Below are positions 1-10,632 of a stretch of DNA of 64,000 bases, in pieces. The stretch's first letter is position 1, and every line of letters starts with the position of its first letter. Under the pieces are notes generated by a model. It saw only the letters and a list, made by a program, of their open reading frames with translations, was not told the origin of the DNA and did no database searches. Source of the DNA: Bdellovibrionales bacterium (lineage in GTDB: Bacteria > Bdellovibrionota > Bdellovibrionia > Bdellovibrionales > UBA1609); assembly GCA_965204055.1 (NCBI GenBank), contig OZ241967.1, positions 1,252,286-1,316,285 of the forward strand, given 5' to 3'. The position numbers were made by a program, and so were the translations under genes.

Positions 1-2
1 TT

Positions 3-935
3 ATTATTGATGAAATTCAAAAAATACCATCTCTTTTAGATGAAGTACATTATTTAATGGAAAATCATAATATGAAATTTATTTTAACAGGTAGTAGTGC
101 CAGAAAACTAAAAAGAGGTAGCGCAAATTTATTGGGCGGACGAGCACATTATCAACAGCTTTTCCCTTTGGTGAGTCAGGAAATTCCTCCCTCTCAATTT
201 GATCTTCATAAGATACTTTGTTTTGGATCTTTACCAGCCTTGTATAAATCCCGCCGGCCTAAATCTCTCTTACGATCTTATGTTCAAACTTATCTTAAAG
301 AGGAAATACAAGCGGAAGGTCTTTTGCGAAGGCTGGAGCCTTTTTCTCTTTTTTTGGATCTAGCCGGAAAAACCAACACCGAACTTATTAATTACACCAA
401 TATAGCCAATGATGTAGGGGTATCTTCTAAAACAATTAAAGAATATTATTTAATTTTAGAGGATACTTTTATCGGGCATTTATTGCCTCCTTATAAAAGA
501 ACAGCTAAAAGAAAAGCTGTTAGCATGCAAAAGTTTTATTTTTTTGATATTGGCGTAGCTAATGCTTTAAAAAACCATTTCCACATTGCCACCGGAACAA
601 CAGAGTTTGGCCGTTGTTTTGAACATTTTATTTTTAATGAAATAAATGCGTATTTAAAATACTCAGAAGATGACCGATTATTTTGTTTTTGGAGATCTAA
701 AAATGGTCAGGAAGTAGATTTTGTTATTGGAGACAATCTCACTGTTGAAGTAAAAGCTAAAACAGATGTGAATAAAAAAGATTTAAAAGGGTTAAAAGCT
801 CTTTCGGAAGAAAGAGCTTTTCAGCACAAAGTGATAGTGTATTTAGGAGACAGAGCGCGGTTAATAGAAAATCAGTTTCTATTGCTCCCTTATAAGGATT
901 TTCTTAAAAAACTTTGGAGCCACCAGTTTGTTTAG
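3..935 (+). CDS. AAA_14-type ATPase with C-terminal DUF4143 domain (5' end outside the window)
   Basis: Frame is open from position 3 (IIDEIQKIPSLLDEVHYLMEN, Walker B). LTGSSARKL, KFYFFDIG and FWRSKNGQEVDFV..VEVK are typical AAA_14/DUF4143 motifs. Confidence 0.85.
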   Translation: MIDEIQKIPSLLDEVHYLMENHNMKFILTGSSARKLKRGSANLLGGRAHYQQLFPLVSQEIPPSQFDLHKILCFGSLPALYKSRRPKSLLRSYVQTYLKEEIQAEGLLRRLEPFSLFLDLAGKTNTELINYTNIANDVGVSSKTIKEYYLILEDTFIGHLLPPYKRTAKRKAVSMQKFYFFDIGVANALKNHFHIATGTTEFGRCFEHFIFNEINAYLKYSEDDRLFCFWRSKNGQEVDFVIGDNLTVEVKAKTDVNKKDLKGLKALSEERAFQHKVIVYLGDRARLIENQFLLLPYKDFLKKLWSHQFV

Positions 936-1106
936 TCAGCACTGAATAAGTCTGTTGAGCTAATAAATCACTTGATACATCTCCTTAAAAGTCAAGAAAC
1001 TCCCGCCTGCAAGGGACTGCAAAACCAAGTACTTGGCTTTGCTATTGACCAAACAACTTGACTTTTTAGTTTAGCAGGGAAAAAGCATTTATAGACAGGA
1101 CGAACT
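933..1106. mobile_element. MITE copy (IS5-like ends, central CCAAGTACTTGG palindrome)
   Basis: Starts TAGTCAGCACTGAATAAG. Its internal segment is the reverse complement of the arms at 15660-15745 and 31720-31790. Confidence 0.65.
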
Positions 1107-1109
1107 TGT

Positions 1110-2570
1110 TTAATATTCTTTTTTATGAACCATTGTTGTTTTTCTTGAAACTGTGGGAGATTTTAATAGATCTGAAATATTGTTTTTTGTGCTTTTCCAG
1201 GACTTAATAAAAGATTCATTGGCAGTGTTTTCTAAAAGCCTTCGCACTAAATAGGCCATACCCGGAATAGGCTCGCCTATAGGGCAATATTGCCTAACAC
1301 GCCAACCCTTTTGGCTTAAACAAACATTAATGGGGTTGGCCATTCCATAAAGTGTCTGGATTTCCATTGCCTTTTTAGGGACATTTAGTTTTTGAGAAAG
1401 ATACAAGGCATAAGTGATGGATCGGATATTATGAGAGGCCACGGCCAACCTCAAATAAGGGTAGTTTTTAAGTATAAACTCTACACATTTTTCAAAATTA
1501 ATATCAGACTCCCACTTGTTACGATAAACTGGACAAGGCCAGTTATTTTGCTGACTTAAAATTAGCTCATAATCCCAATAAGCCCCTTTTACCAGACGAA
1601 CACATACAGGAGAGGGATGATTTTGAGCAAATTGCCTAAGAACACGCAGATCGTCTAAAGATTCCCGTAAATAAGCTTGAATAACAATACCAAAATGAGG
1701 GTAATGTTTAAATTCCTCCTCGGAAATAAGTTCTTTAAAAATTTCTAAAGTAAGAGTTTTATATTTATATTGTTCCATATCTATATTAATAAAAGTGTGG
1801 GTTTCTATTGCTTGTTGAAACAAGGCCCGGAGCTTTTTTTTCAGTCTTTTTTTGCTTTCCTCCCATGCAGAAGTAAAAATTTGAGATTCCAAAGAAGTAA
1901 TTTTTAAGGAAAGATGAACCACTGGAAGGTTTTCCCCCTTCTCTCCTTCGTCTATTAGAGAGTTAGGTTGCCAGGTTTGTTTTTTTAATTGTTCCATAAT
2001 GTTTAGATAGCGGTTTTGATACATCCGCGCCTCTCCTTCGGATAAAGTAGCCTCTCCTAAAACATCTATAGTAAAAGCACTTTGACCCTTTCTTATTTGT
2101 TTTAAAACCGGAAGAATGTCGGAGAGAGTTTCCCCCACTATAAACAGACGCGCCATTTCTTTGGTATGTTTTGAAATAAGCGCGCTCAAAAGAGAAGGAG
2201 GCAAAAGGTTTATCCCTTTGCTTAAAAAAGTGGGAATGAGGTGGTTTGCCTTAAGATACTCATTTAAAAAAAGCGGAACTGCCTTTTTTCTTTTAAGAGA
2301 AGGAAAAACATCCACAAAACGAAATAAAGCCGTTTTAAAATTAGGATTGACCAAAGTCCACTGCATAATATTTTCATACCACCATTTTTTGCGAAACGGA
2401 TTTTTATTAAGTGCTGTAACAGAACCAAATAATTCTGTTCCCATTTTCAGGATATTTGCCTCTGTTTCGTGTAACTGTTTTTCCTGAGCAAACTGTTGCA
2501 ATTTAATATTTCCTTTCAGGATATTTTCTTCTGTTTCGTGTAACTGTTTTTCCTGAGCAAACTGTTGCAA
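1110..2570 (-). CDS. Proline dehydrogenase (PutA PRODH domain only)
   Basis: LFRFVDVFPSL, DVLGE, NIDME, GIVIQAYL, VRLVKGAYWD, ASHN and YLVRRLLENTANESF are PRODH motifs. No P5C dehydrogenase domain follows. The N-terminus has a 69-bp duplication. Confidence 0.85.
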   Translation of the reverse strand: MQQFAQEKQLHETEENILKGNIKLQQFAQEKQLHETEANILKMGTELFGSVTALNKNPFRKKWWYENIMQWTLVNPNFKTALFRFVDVFPSLKRKKAVPLFLNEYLKANHLIPTFLSKGINLLPPSLLSALISKHTKEMARLFIVGETLSDILPVLKQIRKGQSAFTIDVLGEATLSEGEARMYQNRYLNIMEQLKKQTWQPNSLIDEGEKGENLPVVHLSLKITSLESQIFTSAWEESKKRLKKKLRALFQQAIETHTFINIDMEQYKYKTLTLEIFKELISEEEFKHYPHFGIVIQAYLRESLDDLRVLRQFAQNHPSPVCVRLVKGAYWDYELILSQQNNWPCPVYRNKWESDINFEKCVEFILKNYPYLRLAVASHNIRSITYALYLSQKLNVPKKAMEIQTLYGMANPINVCLSQKGWRVRQYCPIGEPIPGMAYLVRRLLENTANESFIKSWKSTKNNISDLLKSPTVSRKTTMVHKKEY

Positions 2571-2629
2571 TTTATATTTCCTTTTTGGTGTTGTGCAAAA
2601 AAGAGACTGTTTTTAGTATTTTACTATTT

Positions 2630-2835
2630 TAGTCCCCTGTAATAAACCCTGTTTGCCACTGCTAAACTAAAAAGCCAAGTTGTTGGTTGTGTAGCCGTGC
2701 GGATTCTACAGTTTTGCTAATCTCTGCTAAAAAGCCAAGTTGTTGGTTTTGCAGTCCCGCTTTACTGCAAGAATCTCGCCTATTTTAGGTCAAATTAAAT
2801 CCTGTTTACTTTGTTGCAACATACTTTTTCACACT
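2630..2835. mobile_element. MITE copy (degenerate)
   Basis: TAGTCCCCTGTAATAAACCCTG start, two GCCAAGTTGTTGG cores, right arm similar to 19320-19385. Confidence 0.6.
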
Positions 2836-2843
2836 TTATTATT

Positions 2844-4790
2844 TTAATATTTACCAGCTTTCTCACCAGCTTTTTTTCTATAATTTAAAATATACAAAGA
2901 TAACAAAACAATAAACAAGAACCATAAAAAAACAGCATCAATATAATAACCCCAGGAAGTAAAAATAGTTTGTTTTTCCTGACTGTAATAGGGCACAGGT
3001 TGAATCCAACTCACATTTTTATTCAGAGCCGTTAAGGGGCCTATTTCCCCCTTGGCAGAAATAAAACCAGAAAAACCCGTATTAGTACCTCTGATAAGGG
3101 GGCGTCTTACCTCTATAGCCCGGCTCAAAGTCATATACAAATGTTGATATGGTTCTTGCCAACTTCCATACCAGGAGTCATTTGTAACATTTACTATGAT
3201 TTGCGCTTTTTCCAAGGCCAGATCTCTGGTAAAAAAGTCAAAAATTCCTTCGTAGCAAATTTGAAACCCCAGTTTTATTCCATTCAGCAAAATGACTTTG
3301 TTTTCCCCCGTGCCTCTTGTAAAAGATCGGCCATAGTAAGAAAGTAGCTTATGGATAGGCAACCAGGTTTCCCCAGGTATGTATTCACCAAAAGCCAATA
3401 ACAAAGTTTTATTATAAGGGGCCTGAACCATTTTGCCATCCTCATTAAAAACAAACACTGAATTGGTTATTCTTTTTCCGTTTTGCCCTATTGCGGATAG
3501 CACAATAGGTGTTTGCCATTTTTTGGCTTGGTCCTGAGCGGGATTACTGCGCGCCGTTTTTGTGTTGTGTTTAATGGCGTAGGGATAAGTTCCTTCCGGC
3601 CAAAGAATAAAATCTATTTTCTGACGAAGTTCTATGGGGCCAGATTTTGTGGGTTCTGAAGGCTCTACAAGTCCAGAAGAAGGTTTAGAAAACCACTGCG
3701 TTCCGCGGTTTAAGCGGTTCAAAGAAGCTGAAAGCTCTGAAGGCTTAGGGAGTTTAAAAGGCTCAGCTATTGTTGAAAATGTTTCTTGTATCAGTTTTTT
3801 TAAAGTAAAAGGTCTGGGATCTGTATGAAACTTTTTACTCAAGTAGCTTAAATTTTCTAAATTAGGCTGAACTATAAGAACAGAGGCAGTTTGATCTGGT
3901 TCCGGCCAGCGATTTTTTAAATACCACCCATAAATATTTAATCCTACAAAACAAGCTATCCAAAACAACAACATCCAAATATGACGATAGGTAAGTTGTT
4001 GGTAGACTTTATAAAATGTACTCTGGTGGTGTTCTGTTTCAGAAAATACAGGTGCATACGTTGTTGCTCCAAGGTAATGAAATCTGGAAAAAAAACCATC
4101 TTTATATTCAGTTTCTAATAGTAAATTTATTTTCCAATTCCGCATATTGAGTAAAAACACATACAAAAAAAGTAAATTAGAAAACAAAGTCAAAGTATGT
4201 AAAAACTGAACACCCCATATTTCTGCGGTTTGAACAGCCGGCCACTGGAAATAAAACCAGGTATAGCCAAAGTTCCAACCAAAGATCATGGGATAATATT
4301 TCATAACCAAGGCAGAATAAAGAGGAAGAGTGAGAAAAATAATTAAAGAAACAAGAACAGGCTTTTTTATTTTTTGCGATAAATCACCCCCCGCGCCTCG
4401 TGATAAATCCCCCCCAGTGCCTCGCAAGGTAGTTTGGTTTAAAATTTTCTTTTTTGTAACGAACCAAAAAAACAAGGCAATGGGAATATGTAAATTGGCA
4501 AAACTCGCAAAAAACAAAAGCCCCAAAATAGACAAAGGCCAGGGAAAAAAGCCAAACTCCCGGATAGTATAAGCCACCCAGTTAAACCCAATTAAAGTGG
4601 CTATAAATTGGCAAAGCCAAGCCCCTATTAAAAGAGGTTTTATTCGCTCCTGTTTTAAGGCAAAAATCCAAAGGGGCACATAACAAAAAAAAATAGCCCA
4701 CGGAGGAAAAGGAATATAGCTTGTACCCATTAAAATACTGGAAAGTAAGGGTAAAAAGCAAAATTTAAGAGTTTTTTTGATTTTTTTCAC
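2844..4790 (-). CDS. lnt: Apolipoprotein N-acyltransferase
   Basis: Multiple TM helices; VQPN, LWPE, YNKTLLLAFGEYIP, QICYE, NVTNDSWYG and RAIEVRRP give the E-K-C catalytic triad. Confidence 0.93.
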   Translation of the reverse strand: MKKIKKTLKFCFLPLLSSILMGTSYIPFPPWAIFFCYVPLWIFALKQERIKPLLIGAWLCQFIATLIGFNWVAYTIREFGFFPWPLSILGLLFFASFANLHIPIALFFWFVTKKKILNQTTLRGTGGDLSRGAGGDLSQKIKKPVLVSLIIFLTLPLYSALVMKYYPMIFGWNFGYTWFYFQWPAVQTAEIWGVQFLHTLTLFSNLLFLYVFLLNMRNWKINLLLETEYKDGFFSRFHYLGATTYAPVFSETEHHQSTFYKVYQQLTYRHIWMLLFWIACFVGLNIYGWYLKNRWPEPDQTASVLIVQPNLENLSYLSKKFHTDPRPFTLKKLIQETFSTIAEPFKLPKPSELSASLNRLNRGTQWFSKPSSGLVEPSEPTKSGPIELRQKIDFILWPEGTYPYAIKHNTKTARSNPAQDQAKKWQTPIVLSAIGQNGKRITNSVFVFNEDGKMVQAPYNKTLLLAFGEYIPGETWLPIHKLLSYYGRSFTRGTGENKVILLNGIKLGFQICYEGIFDFFTRDLALEKAQIIVNVTNDSWYGSWQEPYQHLYMTLSRAIEVRRPLIRGTNTGFSGFISAKGEIGPLTALNKNVSWIQPVPYYSQEKQTIFTSWGYYIDAVFLWFLFIVLLSLYILNYRKKAGEKAGKY

Positions 4791-4840
4791 ATTTAAACCT
4801 ATTTGACTGATAAAAAAGCCTCGATTTTTATCTATTTTTT

Positions 4841-5560
4841 TTGTATAATCTCATTATGAAACAGTTTTATGAAGAAAAAAACAACCTAACTCCTTCTTTT
4901 TTGCGCATTAAGTGCCCCTATTGTTTACAGGTTTTTAAAGCCTTTAGAAGTGAGTTTGAAGAAGAGCAACCTGATTTCCAGTGTGCCTCCTGTCAGGAAA
5001 TATTTTGGATTTCTGCCACAGACTCCTCTCCTATTGTCTTAGGCCAACCGGTGAGCACACAAAAAAACTCCCAGACCACCGCCCTGCGACAGGAAGAGGG
5101 AGGCATAGGTATTTCTACCAAAATATGTCCCAGATGTGCCGAAGAGGCACCTATAAACGATCAGGAATGCCCCCATTGTGGTGTAGTTTTTATTAAGATG
5201 ATCGAAGGAGCAGGGGCTTCTTTTCAGCTCCGAGGCGAGTGGGCAAAGGTAGTTAAAAACTGGCACGACGACAACTCTCATGATAGTTTTTTGAGATCTT
5301 GCCATAAACAAAATGAGCTAGTTTATGGAGTTTCCTGTTATGGACGAGTATTAAAAGAAGATAAAAACAACAGAAAAGCTAAAGAAATGATTAAGCGGAT
5401 GGAGTCTTTGACCTGGTTTTTTGAAGAACAGCTCTCGCTCCCAAAGTTACCCATAAAGCAAGCATTATATTCCCAAATCAAAAAAGGGGTAACAAGCTAT
5501 GCTTTTGACGCCTTCCTGCTGGCTTTAATTTTGTGCTTTGCCGTCTATATTTTCTTTTAG
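4841..5560 (+). CDS. Multi zinc-ribbon protein with C-terminal TM anchor
   Basis: CPYC, CASC, CPRC and CPHC pairs; hydrophobic C-terminus. True start may be a downstream ATG (MKQF). Confidence 0.65.
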   Translation: MYNLIMKQFYEEKNNLTPSFLRIKCPYCLQVFKAFRSEFEEEQPDFQCASCQEIFWISATDSSPIVLGQPVSTQKNSQTTALRQEEGGIGISTKICPRCAEEAPINDQECPHCGVVFIKMIEGAGASFQLRGEWAKVVKNWHDDNSHDSFLRSCHKQNELVYGVSCYGRVLKEDKNNRKAKEMIKRMESLTWFFEEQLSLPKLPIKQALYSQIKKGVTSYAFDAFLLALILCFAVYIFF

Positions 5561-5641
5561 AGTTTTTTATATTTCAGTGTTTAAGCACTTATACCGATAA
5601 GTGAGTATAATAGAAAAACCTTTTTCCTCAATAAACAAAAA

Positions 5642-6241
5642 ATGAAAAAACTTTTTAAAAAAACACTTTTCTTTTTTATTCTCCCTTTAACTGGTTCTTT
5701 AGTTGGCTATTTATTTTTTTCTTGTTTTTTCTCAGGAAAAATCGGTAAAAAAGCTTGTTTTTTCCAACTAAAAAACAAATTTTTTGTCCAAACAGATTCT
5801 CAGCAGTTTGTTCAACCAAACAACCGGAAAATGACCTCTTTATACACTTCCGAAATTGAAGCCCGCGTAAAAAAAATGTTGGAAGAGGCCAGAAGATTGC
5901 ATACTATTAAAGATTACAAAACAGCTAATAAAATTCTAACTACACTCTTGAATCAATATTCTTATGCCAGCAATGATATAGAAGAGGTTGGTTATTTATT
6001 AGCTAAGGGGCTGTTTTACATAGGAGAATTCCAGCAAAGCGAGCAAGTAATTAATCGACTAAGAGAACATGATTCTCACTCAAAATGGTTTGGTTATGCT
6101 TTGTTGATTAAGGGGAAAATCTATGAACAAAAAGGAGAGTTAGATGAATCTCTCCGCCTTTATCGCCAAGTGATTACAGATTTTTCAGATACAAGCTTGG
6201 TGAGTTTAGCAGAAGATTTTTTAAATGATATATCTTTTTAG
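5642..6241 (+). CDS. Membrane-anchored TPR protein (YbgF/BamD-like fold)
   Basis: N-terminal TM; TPR-like helices YLLAKGLFYIGEFQQS and ALLIKGKIYEQKGELDES..YRQVITDF. Confidence 0.65.
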   Translation: MKKLFKKTLFFFILPLTGSLVGYLFFSCFFSGKIGKKACFFQLKNKFFVQTDSQQFVQPNNRKMTSLYTSEIEARVKKMLEEARRLHTIKDYKTANKILTTLLNQYSYASNDIEEVGYLLAKGLFYIGEFQQSEQVINRLREHDSHSKWFGYALLIKGKIYEQKGELDESLRLYRQVITDFSDTSLVSLAEDFLNDISF

Positions 6242-6546
6242 CTATAAATCTACTGAATAAAAAGTGACATAAATCTCTTAGTGAAAATATCTCATTTGTG
6301 GGAAAAGCACCCTCCAATAAAAAGTGATATAAATTTCTTAGTGACCTTGATTCTACTAATAAAACAAATCTCACAAAAAACAAGAGGGTTTTACCTGGCC
6401 TTAAGTATTAAAAAATCTTCTATAGGCCGTGGAAGAAAGAAAATTATACTAAAAATTTTTAAAAGAATAAGAGAAAAACTTCCGATATAGATAAAAAGGC
6501 TTTTTCATGGACCACTATTTTATTTAATTGTATATTTGTATTTGTT

Positions 6547-7527
6547 ATGAAAACTGTATTGTTTTTGACCAGCCCTAATTTTTTTAGAGGGGCGATTTTT
6601 TTATTATGTATGTTGCCTTTCAATAATGTGGAGGGTGATTTAATAACGTGTGGCACTGCCGATATTGTTCAGGAAGTACGCGATATAACCTGTTTTCACG
6701 CGGATTTGCGCACCGCTGTGCAAAGAGATGATTTATTAAGAAAAGTCAGTGCGGTTAATGTTTTTGATAGCCTGCATTCTAATGATATTGTTAGATCTGT
6801 TAAAACTTTATCTTTATTTAATAGAGCTTTAACAGATAGAATTTCAGATACGCACGAGGAGTATCAAAAATCTGGGCGAAACAACTATACTGTAAGCATC
6901 ACCTCCTATCCTGCACAAGTGAAAAAAAATAGTTGCCAAAAACATAAAACCATTGATTTTGAACCATCATCGGCTGAGCAATCGCTAGAAACAGCTGTAA
7001 AAAACAATCAGGATGTGCACGCCATTTATGCAGATTATGGTGTTATTACAGGAAAAACAGCGCGTTCCTTTCAAACTCGCGAACAAGGAGGAAAATTGAT
7101 TTTGTGTGAAAACACAACATTATCTTATGAAAAAAGACTCCAGATTTACTGTGGTCAAAAACCAAACAACAGGTGTAAAAAAGATCTGGACGAAATTCCG
7201 TCCTGTGCAGAAATAGACAGAAAGAAAACAACAGCCTATTCCGATCAATCCTTATGTGTCACTTTAGACAATTTTTCGGATTTATCTAAAGACTTACTAA
7301 TGCAAAATACAGCACTGGAATCTCGGTATTGCCCCAGTGATTGCTCTTATTATACACAAACTATTCAAGGAGTTTATAAAGAGGGGGAGAAAAAGTACTG
7401 CTCTGATAATTATTTAATTGTGCATTGTGGTCCTAAAAAGGATAAAAGTGACTACAATTTGAATATAAGAGAAATTAAAAATATATGCAGTGATTTTAGT
7501 CCTACCAACCGCTGTTGGAGTATATAG
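6547..7527 (+). CDS. Cysteine-rich, probably secreted hypothetical protein
   Basis: 326-aa ORF with a signal-like N-terminus and many Cys; no family recognised. Confidence 0.6.
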   Translation: MKTVLFLTSPNFFRGAIFLLCMLPFNNVEGDLITCGTADIVQEVRDITCFHADLRTAVQRDDLLRKVSAVNVFDSLHSNDIVRSVKTLSLFNRALTDRISDTHEEYQKSGRNNYTVSITSYPAQVKKNSCQKHKTIDFEPSSAEQSLETAVKNNQDVHAIYADYGVITGKTARSFQTREQGGKLILCENTTLSYEKRLQIYCGQKPNNRCKKDLDEIPSCAEIDRKKTTAYSDQSLCVTLDNFSDLSKDLLMQNTALESRYCPSDCSYYTQTIQGVYKEGEKKYCSDNYLIVHCGPKKDKSDYNLNIREIKNICSDFSPTNRCWSI

Positions 7528-7754
7528 TTACCCGTCCCTGTTCGCCCCTGTTAATAACCTAAATCCGCACTTACTGTCTTTTTATTGGATAGGCAATAAT
7601 TGGACAGGCAATGTAATATTTACACTTCTGAAAGTTTTTTTGTTATTCCTGTCATATAATGTTTAGTGGCATGTGATAAAGTGTGTTATTTCTACTGAAG
7701 AACCAACAACTTGGCTTTGCTGTTTAGAAGGAAAAAGCATTTATTTGATTTTTA

Positions 7755-9023
7755 GTGTCAAATTGTCTGATACTAAAGATAATTCAAAAAGGTTTCCAGT
7801 TCAAAAAGATTTATAGTATATTTTTGCATGGAATGTTTGAATTAGGTATTGAATCTTTTATTAAAGAAAAAAAATGGCGAGGGTGGTTGGAAAACCGCCG
7901 TGTGGCTTTCCTGGGTAACTCCGCCTCGGTGACTCAAAACCTTAAAAGCTCTTTTAATTTGATTCAAACTCACACTCCCCTAAAAATAAACTGTATCATT
8001 GGCCCTCAACATGGGTTTAAAACTGTTCAACAAGCCAATATGAAGACAACGGAAGATGAACCTTCCGCGCCCTATCCTATTTTTAGCCTCTACTCTAAAA
8101 AAACCAGAAGGCTTACCCCGGAAATGCTCTCCTGTTTTGATGTTCTGATTATCGATCTTCAAGATGTGGGTTGCCGTGTTTACACTTATTTAACAACTGT
8201 TTTTTATATATTGGAGGATTGCGCAAAGGCTCATAAAGAAGTTTGGATTTTAGATCGTCCCAATCCCGCAGGCCGAAAAGTAGAAGGCTCTATACTAAAT
8301 AAACACTTTTTTAGTTTTGTAGGTGCTGGCCCTCTGCCTATTCGTCACGGCTTAACCTTGGGTGAGTCCGCTAAATGGCACTGCATCTTAAAAAACTTAA
8401 ATGTAGATCTGACAGTTATTAAAATGCGTAATTATTATCCTACAAAAAAGCCTTGGCCAACAGGCTTTCCTTGGACGCTCCCCAGCCCTAATATGGTGGA
8501 TGAGGAATGCGCTCGTTGTTACAGCGGAACAGTCCTGCTGGAAGGAACAAAAATATCTGAAGCACGAGGCACGGTGTTTCCCTTAAAAGCTTTTGGCTTT
8601 CCCGGAATGAATGTTAAAGCTATCTTGCAATCTATGACTCAACTCGCTCCTCACTGGCTTAGAGGAGCTACCTTAAAAGAAGAGTTTTTTCAGCCCGTAT
8701 GTGACAAGTTTCAAAACCAAGTTTGCTCTGCTATCCGTATTTATGCTGTAGATCCTTTTTATAAGGAGAAAGATTTTTCTCCCTATCGCCTAATAAGCTT
8801 GTTTTTAAAATGCCTTAAACAAAATCACCCGGAATTTGATTGGATAATGCCTCCTCCTTATGAATATGAGGACAAAAAATGGCCCATTGATATTTTATCA
8901 GGAGATGATTTTTTAAGAAAATGGATTGAAGATAAAAACACAACCATTCATGATCTGGAAGAAAAACTTTTACCAGACGAAGCCCTTTGGACAGAACAAA
9001 GAAAAAACTTTTTACTTTATTAA
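7755..9023 (+). CDS. DUF1343 / exo-beta-N-acetylmuramidase NamZ-like
   Basis: GPQHG, DLQDVGCRVYTY, LDRPNP, RHGLTLGE, PSPNM, LLEGT..SEARGT. True start is probably MFELGIE. Confidence 0.85.
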   Translation: MSNCLILKIIQKGFQFKKIYSIFLHGMFELGIESFIKEKKWRGWLENRRVAFLGNSASVTQNLKSSFNLIQTHTPLKINCIIGPQHGFKTVQQANMKTTEDEPSAPYPIFSLYSKKTRRLTPEMLSCFDVLIIDLQDVGCRVYTYLTTVFYILEDCAKAHKEVWILDRPNPAGRKVEGSILNKHFFSFVGAGPLPIRHGLTLGESAKWHCILKNLNVDLTVIKMRNYYPTKKPWPTGFPWTLPSPNMVDEECARCYSGTVLLEGTKISEARGTVFPLKAFGFPGMNVKAILQSMTQLAPHWLRGATLKEEFFQPVCDKFQNQVCSAIRIYAVDPFYKEKDFSPYRLISLFLKCLKQNHPEFDWIMPPPYEYEDKKWPIDILSGDDFLRKWIEDKNTTIHDLEEKLLPDEALWTEQRKNFLLY

Positions 9024-10018
9024 TAAGACCAACCACTTAGAAAATTATCAAACACCAAAAGAGAGTCTACATACCCTTTTAAGTCCTGTTCCATACTAAT
9101 AGTTTTTTGAAACAGCAAACTTAAATTTTCAAGAGAATATTTTTTTAGTATTTCCAAAAGCTCTTTTTGATCTTGATGAATCACAGCACGGGCTTGACCC
9201 AGCTGGAGCATACAAGCATCTCTTAATATTTCCTGCCAGCAAAGGCACACAAACAGAGCTTGGCTTCTTTCTTTAACCATATCAGATAGATCTCTAAAAG
9301 AGCAAATCCCCTCTCCTCGTGCCGTTTGCTTTAATAGATCAAAAGCTTTTATCCTTAGCTCCTTATTCTCCCTCCATTGTTCCAAATTATCTAAACGACC
9401 TTGTAATGTCTTTAACATCCACTGATTTTTTGGGTCTAAAATAGCTATATCTTTATCGGCAGTATTGTTTTCCTCTTGCAGATTTTTTAAAATTTTTTGC
9501 AAGCTCTCTATCTGAAGAGGTGAAAAACAAAGGGTTTGCGTGCGAGATCGTATGGTCACAGGCAAAGAAGACAAGGCAGAAGAAACTAAGATAAAATACA
9601 CATTTGCAGGAGGTTCTTCCAAAATCTTTAAAAGACTGCCCACCGCTTGAGGGTTCATCAGGTGGGCGGAATCTATGATAATCACCCGCGCAGGGGCAAA
9701 ACTTTGTAAGGACAAAAATTGTAAGATCTGCCGGATGGAATCTACTTTTATATATAATCCATCTGGTTGGATAAATAACATATTTAGGCTTTTCCCTTTC
9801 TCCACCTGAATACAGGAAGAACACACCCCACAGGCTTTGCCCTCTTCTGGTTTTGGACAAATTAGAGATTGCGCCAAAGCAAAAGCTATTTTTTTCTTCC
9901 CAATACCAGAAGGCCCGGAAAAAAGCAACGCATGAGGCAAGCGTTCACGCTTTTTTGCAGACAAAAGTTTTTTTAAAGGAACATCGTGGCCATAAATATT
10001 TTTTAAGAGCTGAGCCAT
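9020..10018 (-). CDS. holB: DNA polymerase III delta' subunit
   Basis: HALLFSGPSGIGK, CGVCSSC, LLKILEEPP, TIRSR; lies directly downstream of tmk. Confidence 0.92.
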   Translation of the reverse strand: MAQLLKNIYGHDVPLKKLLSAKKRERLPHALLFSGPSGIGKKKIAFALAQSLICPKPEEGKACGVCSSCIQVEKGKSLNMLFIQPDGLYIKVDSIRQILQFLSLQSFAPARVIIIDSAHLMNPQAVGSLLKILEEPPANVYFILVSSALSSLPVTIRSRTQTLCFSPLQIESLQKILKNLQEENNTADKDIAILDPKNQWMLKTLQGRLDNLEQWRENKELRIKAFDLLKQTARGEGICSFRDLSDMVKERSQALFVCLCWQEILRDACMLQLGQARAVIHQDQKELLEILKKYSLENLSLLFQKTISMEQDLKGYVDSLLVFDNFLSGWSY

Positions 10019-10632
10019 TTTCGTTTTTTAAACTCCGCTAATGTTAATTTAGTTAATTCTTCAGGAGAAAGAAGCGCGTTTAAAACCAGCCAGCGATCTT
10101 TATCCGCTGAGGCTATTTGCAGATAACACTCCCTCACCCTTTGATGAAAGCTCCTGTCTTGTATTTCAAAGCGATCGGAATGGTGTCCTTTAATATGACT
10201 TCTTCTTTCCTTTTCTGCTACAGGCATGTCCAATAATACCCACAGATCTGGGATTAAGTTATCAGGAACAGTAAACTGATTAAACCACTGAACCTGTTTT
10301 TCTGACAGCCCCCTCCCCGCCCCTTGAAAAGCAGAAGTGCTGGGCCAAAAGCGATCGCAAATTACCCACTTTCCTGCCGATAGCTCTGGCAAGATCACTT
10401 TTTCAATATGATCTCTTCTGCTCGCAGAAATAAGTAAAATTTCTGTCTCAGGAGAAATAGACTCACCATAAGGATTTAAAACCACCTCTCTAATTTTTTC
10501 TCCTAAAGAAGTGCCCCCTGGTTCACGGGTTAATTTTAAATCCACATTTTTTTTTTGTAACTCCTGAGATAAAGACTTAATAAGAGTGCTTTTTCCAGAA
10601 TGATCCAAACCCTCAAAAACAATAAATGCCAT
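10003..10632 (-). CDS. tmk: Thymidylate kinase
   Basis: FIVFEGLDHSGKST, TREPGGT, VICDRF, DRFE. Confidence 0.95.
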   Translation of the reverse strand: MAFIVFEGLDHSGKSTLIKSLSQELQKKNVDLKLTREPGGTSLGEKIREVVLNPYGESISPETEILLISASRRDHIEKVILPELSAGKWVICDRFWPSTSAFQGAGRGLSEKQVQWFNQFTVPDNLIPDLWVLLDMPVAEKERRSHIKGHHSDRFEIQDRSFHQRVRECYLQIASADKDRWLVLNALLSPEELTKLTLAEFKKRKWLSS

